In this document: piece after piece, positions 28,001 through 39,847 of the stretch
Layout: the number at the start of each line of letters is the position of its first letter
How positions within the stretch are numbered: position 1 is the stretch's first letter
Origin: Klebsormidium nitens
Lineage: Eukaryota; Plantae; Klebsormidiophyceae
DNA length: 43,077 nt
Assembly (NCBI GenBank): GCA_000708835.1
Contig: DF237643.1
Coordinates: forward strand, 1-43,077
Reading direction: 5' to 3'
Program-made: the position numbers and the translations under genes
The notes under the pieces: model-generated
Databases searched by the model: none
What the model was told of the DNA's origin: nothing
The model's input: the letters and a program-made list of their open reading frames with translations, nothing else

Positions 28001-31000
28001 GAGATTCATATCCGCCCTTACGGTCCATCTGTGTGAATCTTCTGAAGCGCCAGTCTCTTGAATTAGCACTCTTTTTCCGCCTTCATTCTTCGCTGCCCAT
28101 GCTCCGTACTCTAGCGTCGATCAACCTCTCTTCCGCCCAGCTGTGACGATAAGTTCTTTCACTGTTGCTCCTTGCTTCCAGATTCCCCTCTGCCGGAAGC
28201 ACCCCCGGCCGCAGGCCGACCCCTTCACCTTCCCTGCAAAGCAGCGCCTCCAGGGTCCCTATTTGCACGCTTCAGTATGCAGGCGCTTCGCTCCCCCAGA
28301 ATACAAGGTGGGGTTACCATTGAAAGCTCAGTGCTGAAACCTCTGGGTAAAGGAGATTTAGGGTTCCAAAGCATTCTGGGGGTTGACAACAATCTAATGT
28401 GCTAAGACTCCAATTTACCCGAGCTTCGGGCTCAAAGCTGTTTGTAAGTTGGAGGGAACAAGGGGCGAAAAGTTTCGGGGTTGACGATACAAGTACACGT
28501 TTGCAGCCTCGGAGAGTGGTCAAGTAGAACTCGTTGCCGGACAGCAGCCTTCTTTGTTCTTATGTTCCACTAGTACCATGACGGGCACGCAGTCGTGCTA
28601 ACGAGAAACACGACCTGTAGTTCGACCCTTGGTCAACCCGCAAGTTACCCTAACCCGAAGCCTAAACCTAACCTGCAGCTGTAGCGGCGCTGTGGACACA
28701 GCTGGTGCAGGAGGTCCGGTGGTTCTGGGAGGAGGCGGAGCCGCTTCCCCACGTCGCAGCTGACGGGCCGCCCGATCTCGCGTGCTGCCTCGTGCACCAA
28801 AAGCTGCAAATGGTAAGCGTTTCCATACTAGTTCTTTGAACTTGGTCGCCTTACGAGTGTTGAAGCGCGGCGACTCCACTTGGGCCCGAAGGGTTGCCCG
28901 ACCGCGCGTGCTGCCTCGCACACCAAGAGCTGCCGTTGGTGTCGACTGTTTGCATGCAATTTCGAGATAGTAAATCGGTCGCAGATTCGATACTCGCTGC
29001 CAGTTTGTGCGGTGTGTCGTAAAGTGTGTAAGCAAGGCTGCAGATAGTGGGCGTTCGAAAACGGCGGCGCCACGACCAGACTGCCGTTGCTTGTTTTCTG
29101 GAGACCTTTACCTACAACGTTTGAGGGTCGATTGGCCTTCTGCCTAGTAAATGAGAAGAAGGAACGGTGGTTTGAGCTTTGATCAAACGTTCTCGAAGTT
29201 CGTTAATTGCTTTGTTGCTTGGTCGTTGCTGCTTTATTCAGGGTTCTCTTCCGATCGAGATGTCCTGTATCTTAACGCGACACGGAGGAAGAGGAGCCTG
29301 GAAAAAGCTGATGTTTCAGGGCCTCTACGTTAGTCGCATTTGTTCGTCGAGCTCGTTCCTCAGCAGGGAATTCTCAGGCCACTGGCTGCTGATCAGTTCG
29401 GGTCTTCTGTGGGCTTTTGGAGGTTTCGCGGACTAAGCTGACAGCGAGCACTCATTTTGTGACACGCACCTTATGGCATTCCCGTGTCTCCGTAGAAAGC
29501 GCAGCTTGTGAGTTCTACCCGTGCTTTGTACAGCTGGCAGCGTGCATCAGGAAGCGCGCAGCGGACCCGGACTTCCGGCGGAAGAGCAGGCGGACGTCCG
29601 AGCAACGGACTTCGCCAGCGGACGACGTTTCGGACCGAGACACGCCCGACGAAAGCGACAGTCACGGGAGAGAAGCTGCAGAAGGTGCGTCACGATGACT
29701 TCTAACGCCGTCAGATACGGCATACTGTTTCTGAAAGAGAGTTCTGACTGAGTGACTTTGATAGCATCATTGAATCCGTGGATACGGGCAGTAAAGACTT
29801 GTCCAGCTTTGACGGCTTGAACTGTTGTTGCAATGGGGACGCTGTTTTGTTGCACAGTCTTGTTCATGTCAGAAAGATCTCGCCAATTTGGAACCATGTG
29901 GCAAGATCGATAGGACCGCTATCTTTTGGTCTATGATAGACGAAGCATGGTCAACCACACTTGCAACGTCGTACCCAGTGTTCCGAGAAGTCCACTCATG
30001 CATACCAATCGTGTGTGCATCATCTTTTCAAAACGGCCATCAGAAACCGAGATCGTCCTGGAAACCGGACAGTCAGTAGAACATGTTGCTTATCGCACGG
30101 CTCCGAAGGTCGAACGAGAACCCGAGATCTGGCTTGTCGGGTCACAAGTTGTAAACCGGCTTGTTTCGTGGCCACAGGGCCGTCAAGAGGTGGCGGCGAC
30201 GACTGGAACTCCGCCCCCGGCTGGGAGGACGCCGACTTTGAAGAAGAGCGCGCGTCGGATGCTACGGACGCTGATGTCACTGCTGACGCCCGGAAACAGT
30301 CCGCCGACCAACCAGAAACGGACACGTTAGCAGCCTCGGTTTTCGACTGCTTTCGAACGCAGGAGGAAGCGGCGTCGGAGGCGAGTGCGGACACGCAGTA
30401 CGACAGCTGTTCGGACACGGAGGTGTTCGAGTCGGGGGGGGGCTATTCGCCCACAGAACCGTCCACCCTGAGTGCGGGCGGGCGTCCGAGTTGGGCGCAT
30501 TCGCCGGGAGGCGCGTCCGAAGTGGTCCGGAAGCGCGGGAAAGAGAAGGATTGGAGGGTCCGGGGAAACTTTGGGGGGGGTGAAAAAGGGCCCGGGCAGA
30601 GGGGGCGGGACGAGGAAGATATGGACGGACGGGAAGGGTCGCTGGGCCCCGTGAAGAATCTGTGGCTGTTGAAAGTGAAGCGGAGGATACACGAGCCGAT
30701 AACACAGGTGAGTGGCAGAAAACTCCCTGCTTATACTTTCTACTTCGCGTGTAGCCGGCTCTCGGTTTTTGAAGCTTCTAAAGCCTCGAGCCTCCGTGCG
30801 AAACGCACCGGGAAGCATTTTGGGAAATGTGGAGAATGCCGAAGGACGGTTGTGACCAGCAATGCGTCCCGAATTGTGTTTGAGGCGTGCCAAACTGCCA
30901 TCGTCATCTTCGATCCGCTGCTGCAGACGTTTTGTCCCGGCGACCCGTCCCCCGTGATTTTACCCTCGGTGTCGCCCAAAAGCCGCGCGCCGTCCTCAGC

Positions 31001-34000
31001 ACAACAACACGTAATTTGAATCCCTTCCGCGTCTTACGCCAACTATCCTGACGACACACCTCGCTTTCAAGCCGAGTCTCTAACAGTGCGAATACAGCTC
31101 AGGTCTCGGTTGTGCTGATGGGGGTTTGTTTTATGCCGGTGCAGGAGCCCCCCTACATGACGGAAGACATGCTGCGGGAGCAAGAGACAGCGCTGGCAGC
31201 GCTCAGCAGCTTCGATCAGGTGACGCTTTTCCCCTCTTGCAATTCTTCCGTCTTCCCGATTTCTACCCCTTGAATCACCCAAGTGGATTTTAGTGTTGGC
31301 TTGGTTACTTTTACGAACTCCGGGGGTTCGAGGGTGCGGGCTTGTCTGCACCGCAAACGTTGCTGATTCCGGTACGACATTCTGAGGAGTTCCCAGGTTT
31401 CCTGCAGGTTTCCTGACCGAAGAATTCCTTTCATCCTATCCTCAAGGACCTTCGTATCAAAGGGCCTTGGAAGGAGAGTAAGGCTCCTTCATTTCGCAAG
31501 GTCTTCTTTGACCAACATGTCACAGGAACTTTCCACTGAACGCATCAAGAGGATAAAACGAGGAGGCTGGGGTTGTGTATGTTGCTGACAGTTAAACGTG
31601 GCTGCAGGGGAAGGACGCCTTGGCGCGTCTGCATAGCCGCATGCTGAGCTCTGGTAAGCTCTTCGTGCCGGCACTCCCCTCAGAAACGCGACGATACCGA
31701 ATCATTCCAGATACCGGAACTTCGACGATGCTTTGATAACTCCAGAGTCAAGAAGCATGGCCTGCTGCGAAAAAGGCACGGTTTTCTTATCTGCAACGCC
31801 AATCTCCGAGTCTTGCTCTGTATAATGGGACGGCATGGTTGGTTGGATCTCTGAGAGTCCAGCCTATCGAACTATGCGACTAACGGGGCACTTAACGCTA
31901 GAGTGCTTAATGGGAGCGTCTTTTCTAGCCGCTCCAAAGTCGAATATGCAGTCTGAGGGTTTGTAGCATCCATCCAACCGGATGATCGTCTAAGCTGATA
32001 TCCTACCTTTTTTTGGTGGGTCGGTGACAACTGGCCACTTCCCGCCCTCCCTAAATTTCAAATGCAACAACGCTGAAAACTAATGTCGGAGTCCGGTCGA
32101 AAGCCCTCTCTTATTCTACTTTTGCATTCTCAAAAGCTTCCCCGTTTTTCGCAGACATGTCCGCATTCAAGGCCGCCAACCCTGGCGCCCTTCTGGAAGA
32201 CTTCGTCCGCTGGCATTCTCCTCGGGACTGGCTCCCGGAGGATTCCGAAACCAGAACCGGAACCGGAACCGGAACCGGAACGAGCTCCTCGGAAGGAGTG
32301 CCCGGTTGGCCCCCCCAGGGAAAGGTCTCCCGGCGGATGCAGGCCGACAGTTTTTGGGGGGAGCTGTGGGAACGCGCCGAGGCGCTTCCGGTCACCGATC
32401 AGCGGCCGCTGTTCGATCACACGAGGGAAGCGGAAAAGGTGAGGGTGGCAGTTGTAAATTTTTGGTTAGTGGCGCAGTAAAGCTCTAGTTTAACGGCTGC
32501 GGGACCGTTGCATTAGACGACGGAAGCCGGGAAGACAGACGGTATGCAAACAGTTGATAGCATCTGTGGTCGGCCGTCTTTTGGTTCCGGAGTACTCGAG
32601 AGGGTGCGCCGATATAGAGTAGTCAATTGTCATGCGTGCTTACAAGAGGCTGAATTGGAATGCTTGCTCTGCTCGATGAAGGCCGCTTTGAGACTGCGAT
32701 CGCTTAAACAGTTGCGGAGATCGACTCCGGATAAAGTGTGCCGTCAGAATCGCTTCAACTTGGCCACGCGTTCTCTTGAGTAGCAATCTGTATCCAGAAA
32801 GCGAGGGGAGAAAAGGAGGAAGTAAGCAAGGAAACGGGCCCCGACACATATGTCGAAGCATTGAGAAGCGAGTTTACCTCGAAGGCATTTTTCGGTTTTT
32901 CGATCCTCTCGGGTAAGCAAGTCTGGGTAAGGAAAGAAGACAGACCCACTCTTGCTTATCCGCAGGTGTTACACTACCTGGACACGATCGAACCTCAGGA
33001 CCTGCTACCCCAGATGCTCGCCACCGCTTTTTACTCCGCTCTAGATCTCCTGGCCGCGGCTCGGGGCGCGTCCGTGCCAACCGTGTCCGAACTGCGCAAA
33101 GCGCTGGCGTCCGAAATGTCCGGTGCTTTGGATCTGGGGCTGTTACAGCAGCAAACGAAAGGTGGGTGCGCGCTTAGCAGTTGAAATCTGCACTTCATGG
33201 TATTGTAACATGGCGATGCAAAAGTTTTACTACATGTAAGGTTGACGGTTTTGGGTTTGGTGAGCTGTCAGGAAGGATCAATCGCTTGAAGTGCTCGTCA
33301 AGAGTGACAGAATGTTTCTGCAGATCCGGGAATGTTACCCAAAGGTACCCCTGTCTTGAATATGACGCCGGAGCGGAACTCCGCTCCCTTGCCTCTTCTG
33401 TTGCTCAAGACAACACAGCCGGCAGCAGACCTCTGATTGCTCATGGATGCCCGCTAAGAGAGCTCTAAGAAACTCCAGAGGTCGATTCCTTTCCGTGTGC
33501 TTCTTATCTGAGCATCTTACCGGCCGGTCACTTTCTACACACCCAACCCCAAAAGGCGCTGTACGAAAACGCTGATAGGAGCCGAAGCTGAATGAGCACG
33601 ACAGGGACTACATGTCGACACGCCAGCATGACCGCAACGCTAGATCTTTTCCAAAGTTGCCACCATAACTTTCTGTCCTTCCTCTAATTTGTGACTCGGA
33701 CATTCGCAGACGAGTCCACAGGGATCCAGAGCTCTCTCGAGGCGCTCTGCAACCGGTTCGAGGAACTGGAAGCCCTCATCGTGCGCGCGGCGTCTCTCAG
33801 CCACAAGCTCCCCGGGCGTCCGCAGCTCGTGTCGGAATTGCTGTCCGCCGTTCAACTTTCCAACCGGGGGGATCCCCCAAGTTCGTTAAAAGTGGAGTCT
33901 CTACCGGCAGCCCAAGAAACTTCCCCAGGTGTAGTGATCGATCTGGCGACACATGATGACCGGAACCGAGCAGCTTTGATCGCCGGGATCCCGGAGCTTT

Positions 34001-34251
34001 TCTCGGACCGGCGGGCGGGGAGCGGGCATCCGGGGAAAGAGGCGTCCGAAAGGGGCGGAGTGGTGTCGATCGGACGGCGGCCGGCCACAGTCGAGTACGT
34101 TCTGGTTCAGGGTTTGCACGGCTGTAAAGATAGTGGGGAAACACGGCTGGAGCCTAGCGTGGTGTTGACGGATCGAATGTATGTCCGCAGCACGCCGTCG
34201 ACGCTTCTGATGACAACGGCGTTTTGGAAGCCGCCATGGCCCGGATCTTAA
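22084..34251 (+). CDS. RAB3GAP1: Rab3 GTPase-activating protein catalytic subunit, ~1067 aa, 20 coding exons
   Basis: Exons 22084-22104, 22483-22526, 22889-22949, 23450-23540, 24073-24146, 24751-24839, 25145-25319, 25801-25999, 26670-26802, 27269-27381, 27764-27883, 28182-28307, 28679-28812, 29534-29684, 30178-30707, 31145-31219, 31608-31653, 32155-32438, 32966-33161, 33710-34251. They total 3204 nt in one open frame. Family motifs: FEDFTLASPWE, LQLQFGVTDFL, LWTQLVQEVRWFWE, PDLACCLVHQKLQMLAACI, PYMTEDM, DMSAFKAANPGALLEDFVRWHSPRDW, PLFDHTREAEKVLHYL. The first mini-exon and exon 4 are the least certain. Confidence 0.92.
25655..25745 (+). repeat. Degenerate copy of the RAB3GAP1 exon-8 acceptor + exon start
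   Basis: CAG|CGCCTTCTTGTAACG..GCCCTGCAGATTAACATGCGCCAAACCTTCGAAACCCC versus the true CAG|CGCCTTCTCGGAACG..GCCCTCCACATCAGCATGCGCCAAACCTTCGAAACCCC at 25801, offset 127 bp. Confidence 0.92.
26000..26669 (+). repeat. RAB3GAP1 intron 8: one donor echo (junction 26156) and about three acceptor echoes (26210, 26466, 26558)
   Basis: GACGACACGCCCTGGGCGGCGTGGCACAGCCTAGACGACCCG..G|GTGGGTTACGGAGGAAGGTTT duplicates the exon-8 end. CACCGTCCGCATGCTTACAG|GCTTC..TGGCCCTTTGTGTCCGCAG and related copies duplicate the exon-9 start CACCGTCCGCATATTTGCAG|GCTTCC..TGGCCTTTCCTGTCCGCAG. Confidence 0.85.
28884..28945 (+). repeat. Degenerate copy of the RAB3GAP1 exon-13 3' end + donor
   Basis: GGGTTGCCCGACCGCGCGTGCTGCCTCGCACACCAAGAGCTGCCGTTG|GT versus the true GGGCCGCCCGATCTCGCGTGCTGCCTCGTGCACCAAAAGCTGCAAATG|GT, offset 126 bp. 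Confidence 0.88.
32257..32282 (+). repeat. Coding hexanucleotide microsatellite (ACCGGA)n giving TGTGTGTGT in RAB3GAP1 exon 18
   Basis: Direct reading: ACCGGAACCGGAACCGGAACCGGAAC. Confidence 0.9.
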
Positions 34252-35554
34252 CGATCATAGTACAGCCTAGGGCAGTTGTATAAAATCACGGGTCATGCGC
34301 AAAACCATAGTCAGCTGGTATTCGATCAATTATAAAATGCACGAACAAGGCCAACGTTGGCGAAGGCAGGCTACTAGGCTATGATCGGACACGATGAAAT
34401 GTCTGAGTCTGTTACTTAGTGAGCACCGTGGGTCGATGCGGGATCGATCGGATCAGATCATGCATATAGAGTATTGTCGACCGTCGAGGACATCTATCTC
34501 AAGAGAATGAAGTAGCGCACAACCGTCCGCATTGCAACAGTACGTGACTTGAACTATATCGATTGCGTGCCGGTCAGCGCGCGGCGCGGCCCGCGCTTCT
34601 CAGCTATTGAGTCGAGTCCCTCTTTGACTATAGTCCGGTCTATTTCAATTACGTATATAGAATGTATACTACGCGTACGATAATGATCGAACTGAATAAT
34701 CATTTATGTCAGTCCGGCTGAGTTCAATGCGGCGGCATGCATCATACTGGCAGATATATCAGATCGACGTTTATTAACTTCTCCAACCGGCAGTCTCGAC
34801 ATTTAGCTAGGTTGTCGCGGTGCGGTGAGTTGCATGATGTTGCCAAGTTGTTGCCCGCGCCGGCCACATTTCCGCGGGACTGCGCATTCAAGAATGTCAG
34901 TGAAGTTGACGGATCATGGACCGCCGCGGGCCGGCAGCACTGCAGCCCGCCTCGCCGGGTTACGGCATGGGGCAATATAATGGACATAGATTCGGATCGA
35001 CTCATGATCTGGATCTAGACTTACGGTACTTATCGTTGGTGCGGGTTCCAGAGACCATGGCATTGAATGATACGGCGACTCGATCGACCAACTTGAGTAA
35101 TTGAGGAAGAAATTCTTACTCTGGTCAACCAAGAGTGCCAGATCCCAGGCTGCTGCAGGAGGTAGATCAGCGCGGAAGGGCTTCCCCAGCCACATTGACT
35201 TTAGCCTGGCACGGCCACGATTGGTAAATTGAGATTGCACCGGGCAACTTGGCAAGCAACTCGATCTCGAATGCCGCTCAGTACTGAGATCTGTTCAGCA
35301 AACTGCCGTCAATTCGAGGCCATAGTACGTGTAGTTCGGGAAGGTCGGTTGCCTGCGTTCATTAATACCCTAACCTGCTCTAGCATCCTTTAGGTATACG
35401 GCTCCTTGATCCATCGAGCCCATGTACGACCTTACCATGCAAGCCTACTAAAGAGCGACATTAATGGCACGTTGAATGGAACCACTGATTGGTGGGAAGT
35501 GCTCCTTTGTGTGCGACCAGATTGACTGGTGGTGTGAAGCGTTGAAACATGTGG

Positions 35555-37031
35555 TTAGTCAAGGTACTCTTGACACACTTCCATTATGTTGTCATGCTCT
35601 TCGCCGCTTCCGTCGTGCTTGATGTCTTTGATGTGGTCGACCTGCAAGTAAAGAGAAGGAGAACGTCAGCAAGGAAACATTTTCTCAATGCCCGTCCTAC
35701 AGTGCTCATGAGAGTAGGAACGAACAAACTCAAGACCGCCAAGTGTTGTACTTTTGTGGATATGGAGCACATGGTCCCGTTTGACTAGATTGTCCTTTAG
35801 TGGAGGGTTTGTTCACATGGGGAACAGATAAATGGGCGACGTTTGTCTGGTGACGCTAGGATCTTTAAATGGGTCATGATCAGATTGCGGACGGACGGAG
35901 GTGTGAGAATCTACCCAACTCTTTCCAGTTTATGAATAGCAAAGCAGGAGGCTTTCATCTACTTTGAACATCCAGTTTCTGTTCCTCAACTAAAAATATG
36001 GGGCTTTCGTTTAGGACAGTTGAGGTATTACTTCTTTGAAAGCTGACAATTGCTCCTCGTCCACACACCTGAAGCTGTCGGGTATGGGCGGACCAACTAT
36101 GCTAAGAGAGGAGTTACGCCGCTCCATTCATTTGGACATCCAAGACTCGTGATGTAGACCCGAAACAAATGCAGCAGAAAAGCTGAAGTCTCGATTTCAG
36201 GTTGAGTTACAGCCAGGTTGAAATAGGTCAGTGCCCGGGTGGGATTAGTTTGAGAGTTAGGGTGGGTTTGGGTGCGGAGCGCATAGGTTGGTGTCTAGGA
36301 CTTTAGTTTAGGTGCGTCCTCTTGTTTCCTGATTGTATTTCAACCTGCCTCAACTGGACCTGAAATTGAGAATATTCAAAAAAGCTCCAATGGTTTATGC
36401 ATGAAGCATAAAATGATTGACGTGACGTTGCACACTCATAATCTCCCAAAACGAAGATGGCCTTCCTTCATTAGCTGGTTTCAAATGACCAAAGTGTTTG
36501 GGGAGTTAAATTTGGCAGCAGGGCAGCTCAGTAGAGCCACTGAGGTACGCACTTGTTCTGTGTCACTAGCGCTCGGCGATTTAGGTACCAGCCAGGAATG
36601 ATGGACTTTGGGGAGACCCGATATCCTTCTCAAGTTACGTTGGACCCAAACATAAAGTTAGGACTGCAGCAGATTTCTCGTTTCATCTCTGATTGCCACG
36701 AACGCAAGTCCACCCCTGAATCAAAACCCTCAGTTTGGACCATTGATGGGCTCTCATTGAAGAACTGACACTAGCTCATCAGTCACGGGGGGACCGAATC
36801 TACAGCTGCAATGACTTGCTTGGCTCATACCTGATACACCTTCTTGTCGCCAATCCAGATTTGAACAACATTCTCAGTCTGGATCTTTTCCAGCATCACA
36901 GAGTAACCCAGCTTTTCCAGTTCCCCTTGCGTCCGCTCCAAGCGCTTCGAGGAGTGCCCCACGCCGCAGAACTCCGCTCCGCAGTCCTTGTAAGGCCCAT
37001 ACCTAATAACGACCTGCTTCTGGTCTCCCAT
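35555..37031 (-). CDS. C10orf53: UPF0728 / C10orf53-like small protein, 95 aa, 2 coding exons
   Basis: Exons 37031-36831 and 35641-35555 (CAG|GTATGA donor; GCTGAC branch point and TTGCAG acceptor). Translation MGDQKQVVIRYGPYKDCG..GHSSKRLERTQGELEKLGYSVMLEKIQTENVVQIWIGDKKVYQVDHIKDIKHDGSGEEHDNIMEVCQEYLD matches the family pattern V.I.YGPY..G..H...RL.G....L...G..V.LEKI...NVV. Confidence 0.85.
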
Positions 37032-38734
37032 TGAGCTCCTGGAGATGAACTCTCTCGATAAATTCTAAGAAGCTCCAGTTATAACACCGGGATGGGTGGG
37101 GTTAGTAAGGGGGTTTAGAATGGGCACGGGTGCGGAGCATGTAAGTGTTCGGGTTAAGGCTTTTTCTGTCAGCTTCGCTCTTATCGTAACTTGATCTAGT
37201 GTAATACTCTTGGGAGATGATTTGGGATGAAGGCTTCGTCTAGCGCACCCTGCAGCCTTGCTGCTCTGGTTCTCGATGCCTTGCTTCAGATTGCGTTTGC
37301 CGGAAGCCCCGGATGCAGCGTCTCGTTTTGAGTTTAATGCTGTTGCTTAAAGTGCGGCTCCTGCTAATAAGGCGTGATAAACTAAGTAGTACTGCGTTCT
37401 AAGTCAGGCTAGGCCCCCGGGGCTTATTGGTCTGGCTCTTTTCCAGCTCTTTTGTGATTGAATGACTGCCGAATGACCTATATTGCCTTCTTATCTCAGT
37501 TTGCGGCTGGTCTGGCGATTGTATAGTTCATGTCATGTATGCCCGTTGGAAGCCCAGGTGCTCTCCCCTACTCCTTGCTCGCTGGATTGACTTCTGCCGG
37601 GTTTGTGTGATTGCCTGGAAAGGGGCCGATTCACTTCAGCAGAGTGTACTTCGTGGGATACCCTCTCACAGTCCAACCAGACAAGCAACGCGCCCTTGAG
37701 CTGATTTGGCTTCGCTGTATCAGACAATTGAATGACAGCCTGTAAGCTTTGCAAGAGAGCGCCAACCAAATGGATGCTCACCGCGCGCTGGAGAGCAACT
37801 CACTGCATAGAACCAAGGCAGAAGAGCAATGGGGGTTCTGCACCTTACTAGGGCAGCTTCTTAACGAGGCATTGCTGTGAAACGTCTAGCGCTTGCAATC
37901 TGGTATTGGGGGAGTCACTTTGAAACTCCGTGGTCCTTGTTGGAAAGTGGAATGCTGCCGGCTCCGCTCCAAGATTCCTTTTGCGTGTACATTGTAACCG
38001 GCGGTACGTAGACGGCACGTACCGGTTCCTGGCAGGCCGCAGACGGTGGAGACGGCACCATTTTCTGCGCACTGGCTGCCGTTTCAAGAGTACCCGTCAA
38101 ACTTTAATATGATCGAACAGAAAATGTATATACCGGTAACCGGCGGTACCCAGCGAAGCGCGGCCCTCAGGCCGACAGCAGGCTCCCAAGTTTCACATCG
38201 GCCCCGGCCGCTTCCGGCAGCTTGTCGGCGATCGGTGGCCTGCCGCCTACCGGTTCTCTCTACCGGTATTAAGCCGGCTCGTGTCACCATACACACTGTG
38301 AGTGGCTGAGCCTGAGATAGTGCGTATACTCAAAAGTACATTATGCAAGGCAGGCCGCTTCAGGCACTGAGTGCATCTTGTTTCCACCAGATTTGCTGAG
38401 CAACGACAGGCACTGCAACGATAAGATTGTAAGACGATGATCAGCTCCGAACTTAAACACGAGCCAATACATCAACATTTATTGTATATATATACTACAG
38501 TAGGCTCGAGTGCTCATTGGCCCAGCTAGCTGTGAGCCCGCTGTGTGCATTACACGTGCATTATAGCAGCCCATGATAGCCGCACTGACTCTCAATCAGT
38601 CCTTACACTGTGCACGAAAGCCCGAGGAGGTAGCCTGGGCAGCTGAAGGACTGAGTCCTGGAGTCCAGTGATCTAGTCCGACGGTCGATGGGCGCAATTA
38701 TACAAGGCAGCTAATGGGTGCGTTCGTTGTTACT

Positions 38735-39467
38735 AACTACATTGACCATCCCGTTGTCAAAAAGCGCACTTTAACTAGGTACATTTCGGGGTCCCGAACT
38801 TTCCGCTGGCTGGGGCTGGCACCGTCCGATGAGTGCCACGTATAGGGACCGAGTCCAAGTCTGTCAGAATTGCACTTGTACACTGCGGCAGTACTTTCTC
38901 CGTCGAGTGTACTCGGAAAATTCAAGGTTACAAGAATTCACCGTCGGCAGGTTTATCCTAGCTGGCGGTACTAGCCGAAGGCTACCGCGCGGGCCGTACC
39001 GGGCNNNNNNNNNNNNNNNNNNNNNNNNNNNNNNNNNNNNNNNNNNNNNNNNNNNNNNNNNNNNNNNNNNNNNNNNNNNNNNNNNNNNNNNNNNNNNNNN
39101 NNNNNNNNNNNNNNNNNNNNNNNNNNNNNNNNNNNNNNNNNNNNNNNNNNNNNNNNNNNNNNNNNNNNNNNNNNNNNNNNNNNNNNNNNNNNNNNNNNNN
39201 NNNNNNNNNNNNNNNNNNNNNNNTCACCGGGCAGCTGAATTGGCTGTGTCTGCAGGCGATGTTACGCTGAATTAGTGACCGGGGACTCACAGCCTGACGG
39301 GACCGGCGGTCCTATACCAACCCACGTGGTATATGTACCACCCCTGTTTCATTGGCCAGTTCAATTCCGTACATTTGACGTGGCCCCGCTGGATGAACAG
39401 CCCCGTATCTTGCGGGCCCCGGGCAAATCGTAGTGCGCTTTTTGACAACCGGCCGGACAATGTAGTG
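38735..39467. mobile_element. Non-autonomous CACTA(En/Spm)-like DNA transposon / MITE spanning the assembly gap
   Basis: 35-bp terminal inverted repeat at 38736-38770 (ACTACATTGaccatcccGTTGTCAAAAAGCGCACT) and 39432-39466, 31/35 identical. The right end reads TGTAGTG (= CACTACA); the left end has A in place of the first C. Flanking triplets are ACT/ACC (imperfect 3-bp TSD). Weaker subterminal inverted similarity is present. No transposase is visible. Confidence 0.6.
39005..39223. other. Assembly gap (219 N)
   Basis: Run of N. Confidence 1.
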
Positions 39468-39847
39468 ACCAGCTCCGGCCCGCAGGGCACGATCGATCGG
39501 ACGGTTCGAAAAACCTAAACGAGCCACGTGTTGACCTCTGGTGGGCACTAGCGAGCTACCAGCTACCGGCCTGAAATTCCAACTCCTAAGGTGCTTGACT
39601 TTCGGAACCAGCTGCGTTCGTGAAGCAGCATATGATTTGACGTAAGATGATGTGGACGAGCTAGTCCGATGATCAGCGAAGCGAACCATATTTGACACCA
39701 CGCTAAAAGGCCACGTGGAACACTACAACCAGTACGATGTGGTTGTATACAAGTTCTCGCAGAAAGAGTCTCTATCAACTTCGCCAGTACACCTCCAGGA
39801 CTGTCAACATCGTGCGGTGGAATCTGGGACCCGAGTAAGGAACTCCC

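Noticed and set aside
29961-31019. 352-aa ORF as a standalone gene
   Set aside because: It is RAB3GAP1 exon 15 (30178-30707) read through into both flanking introns.
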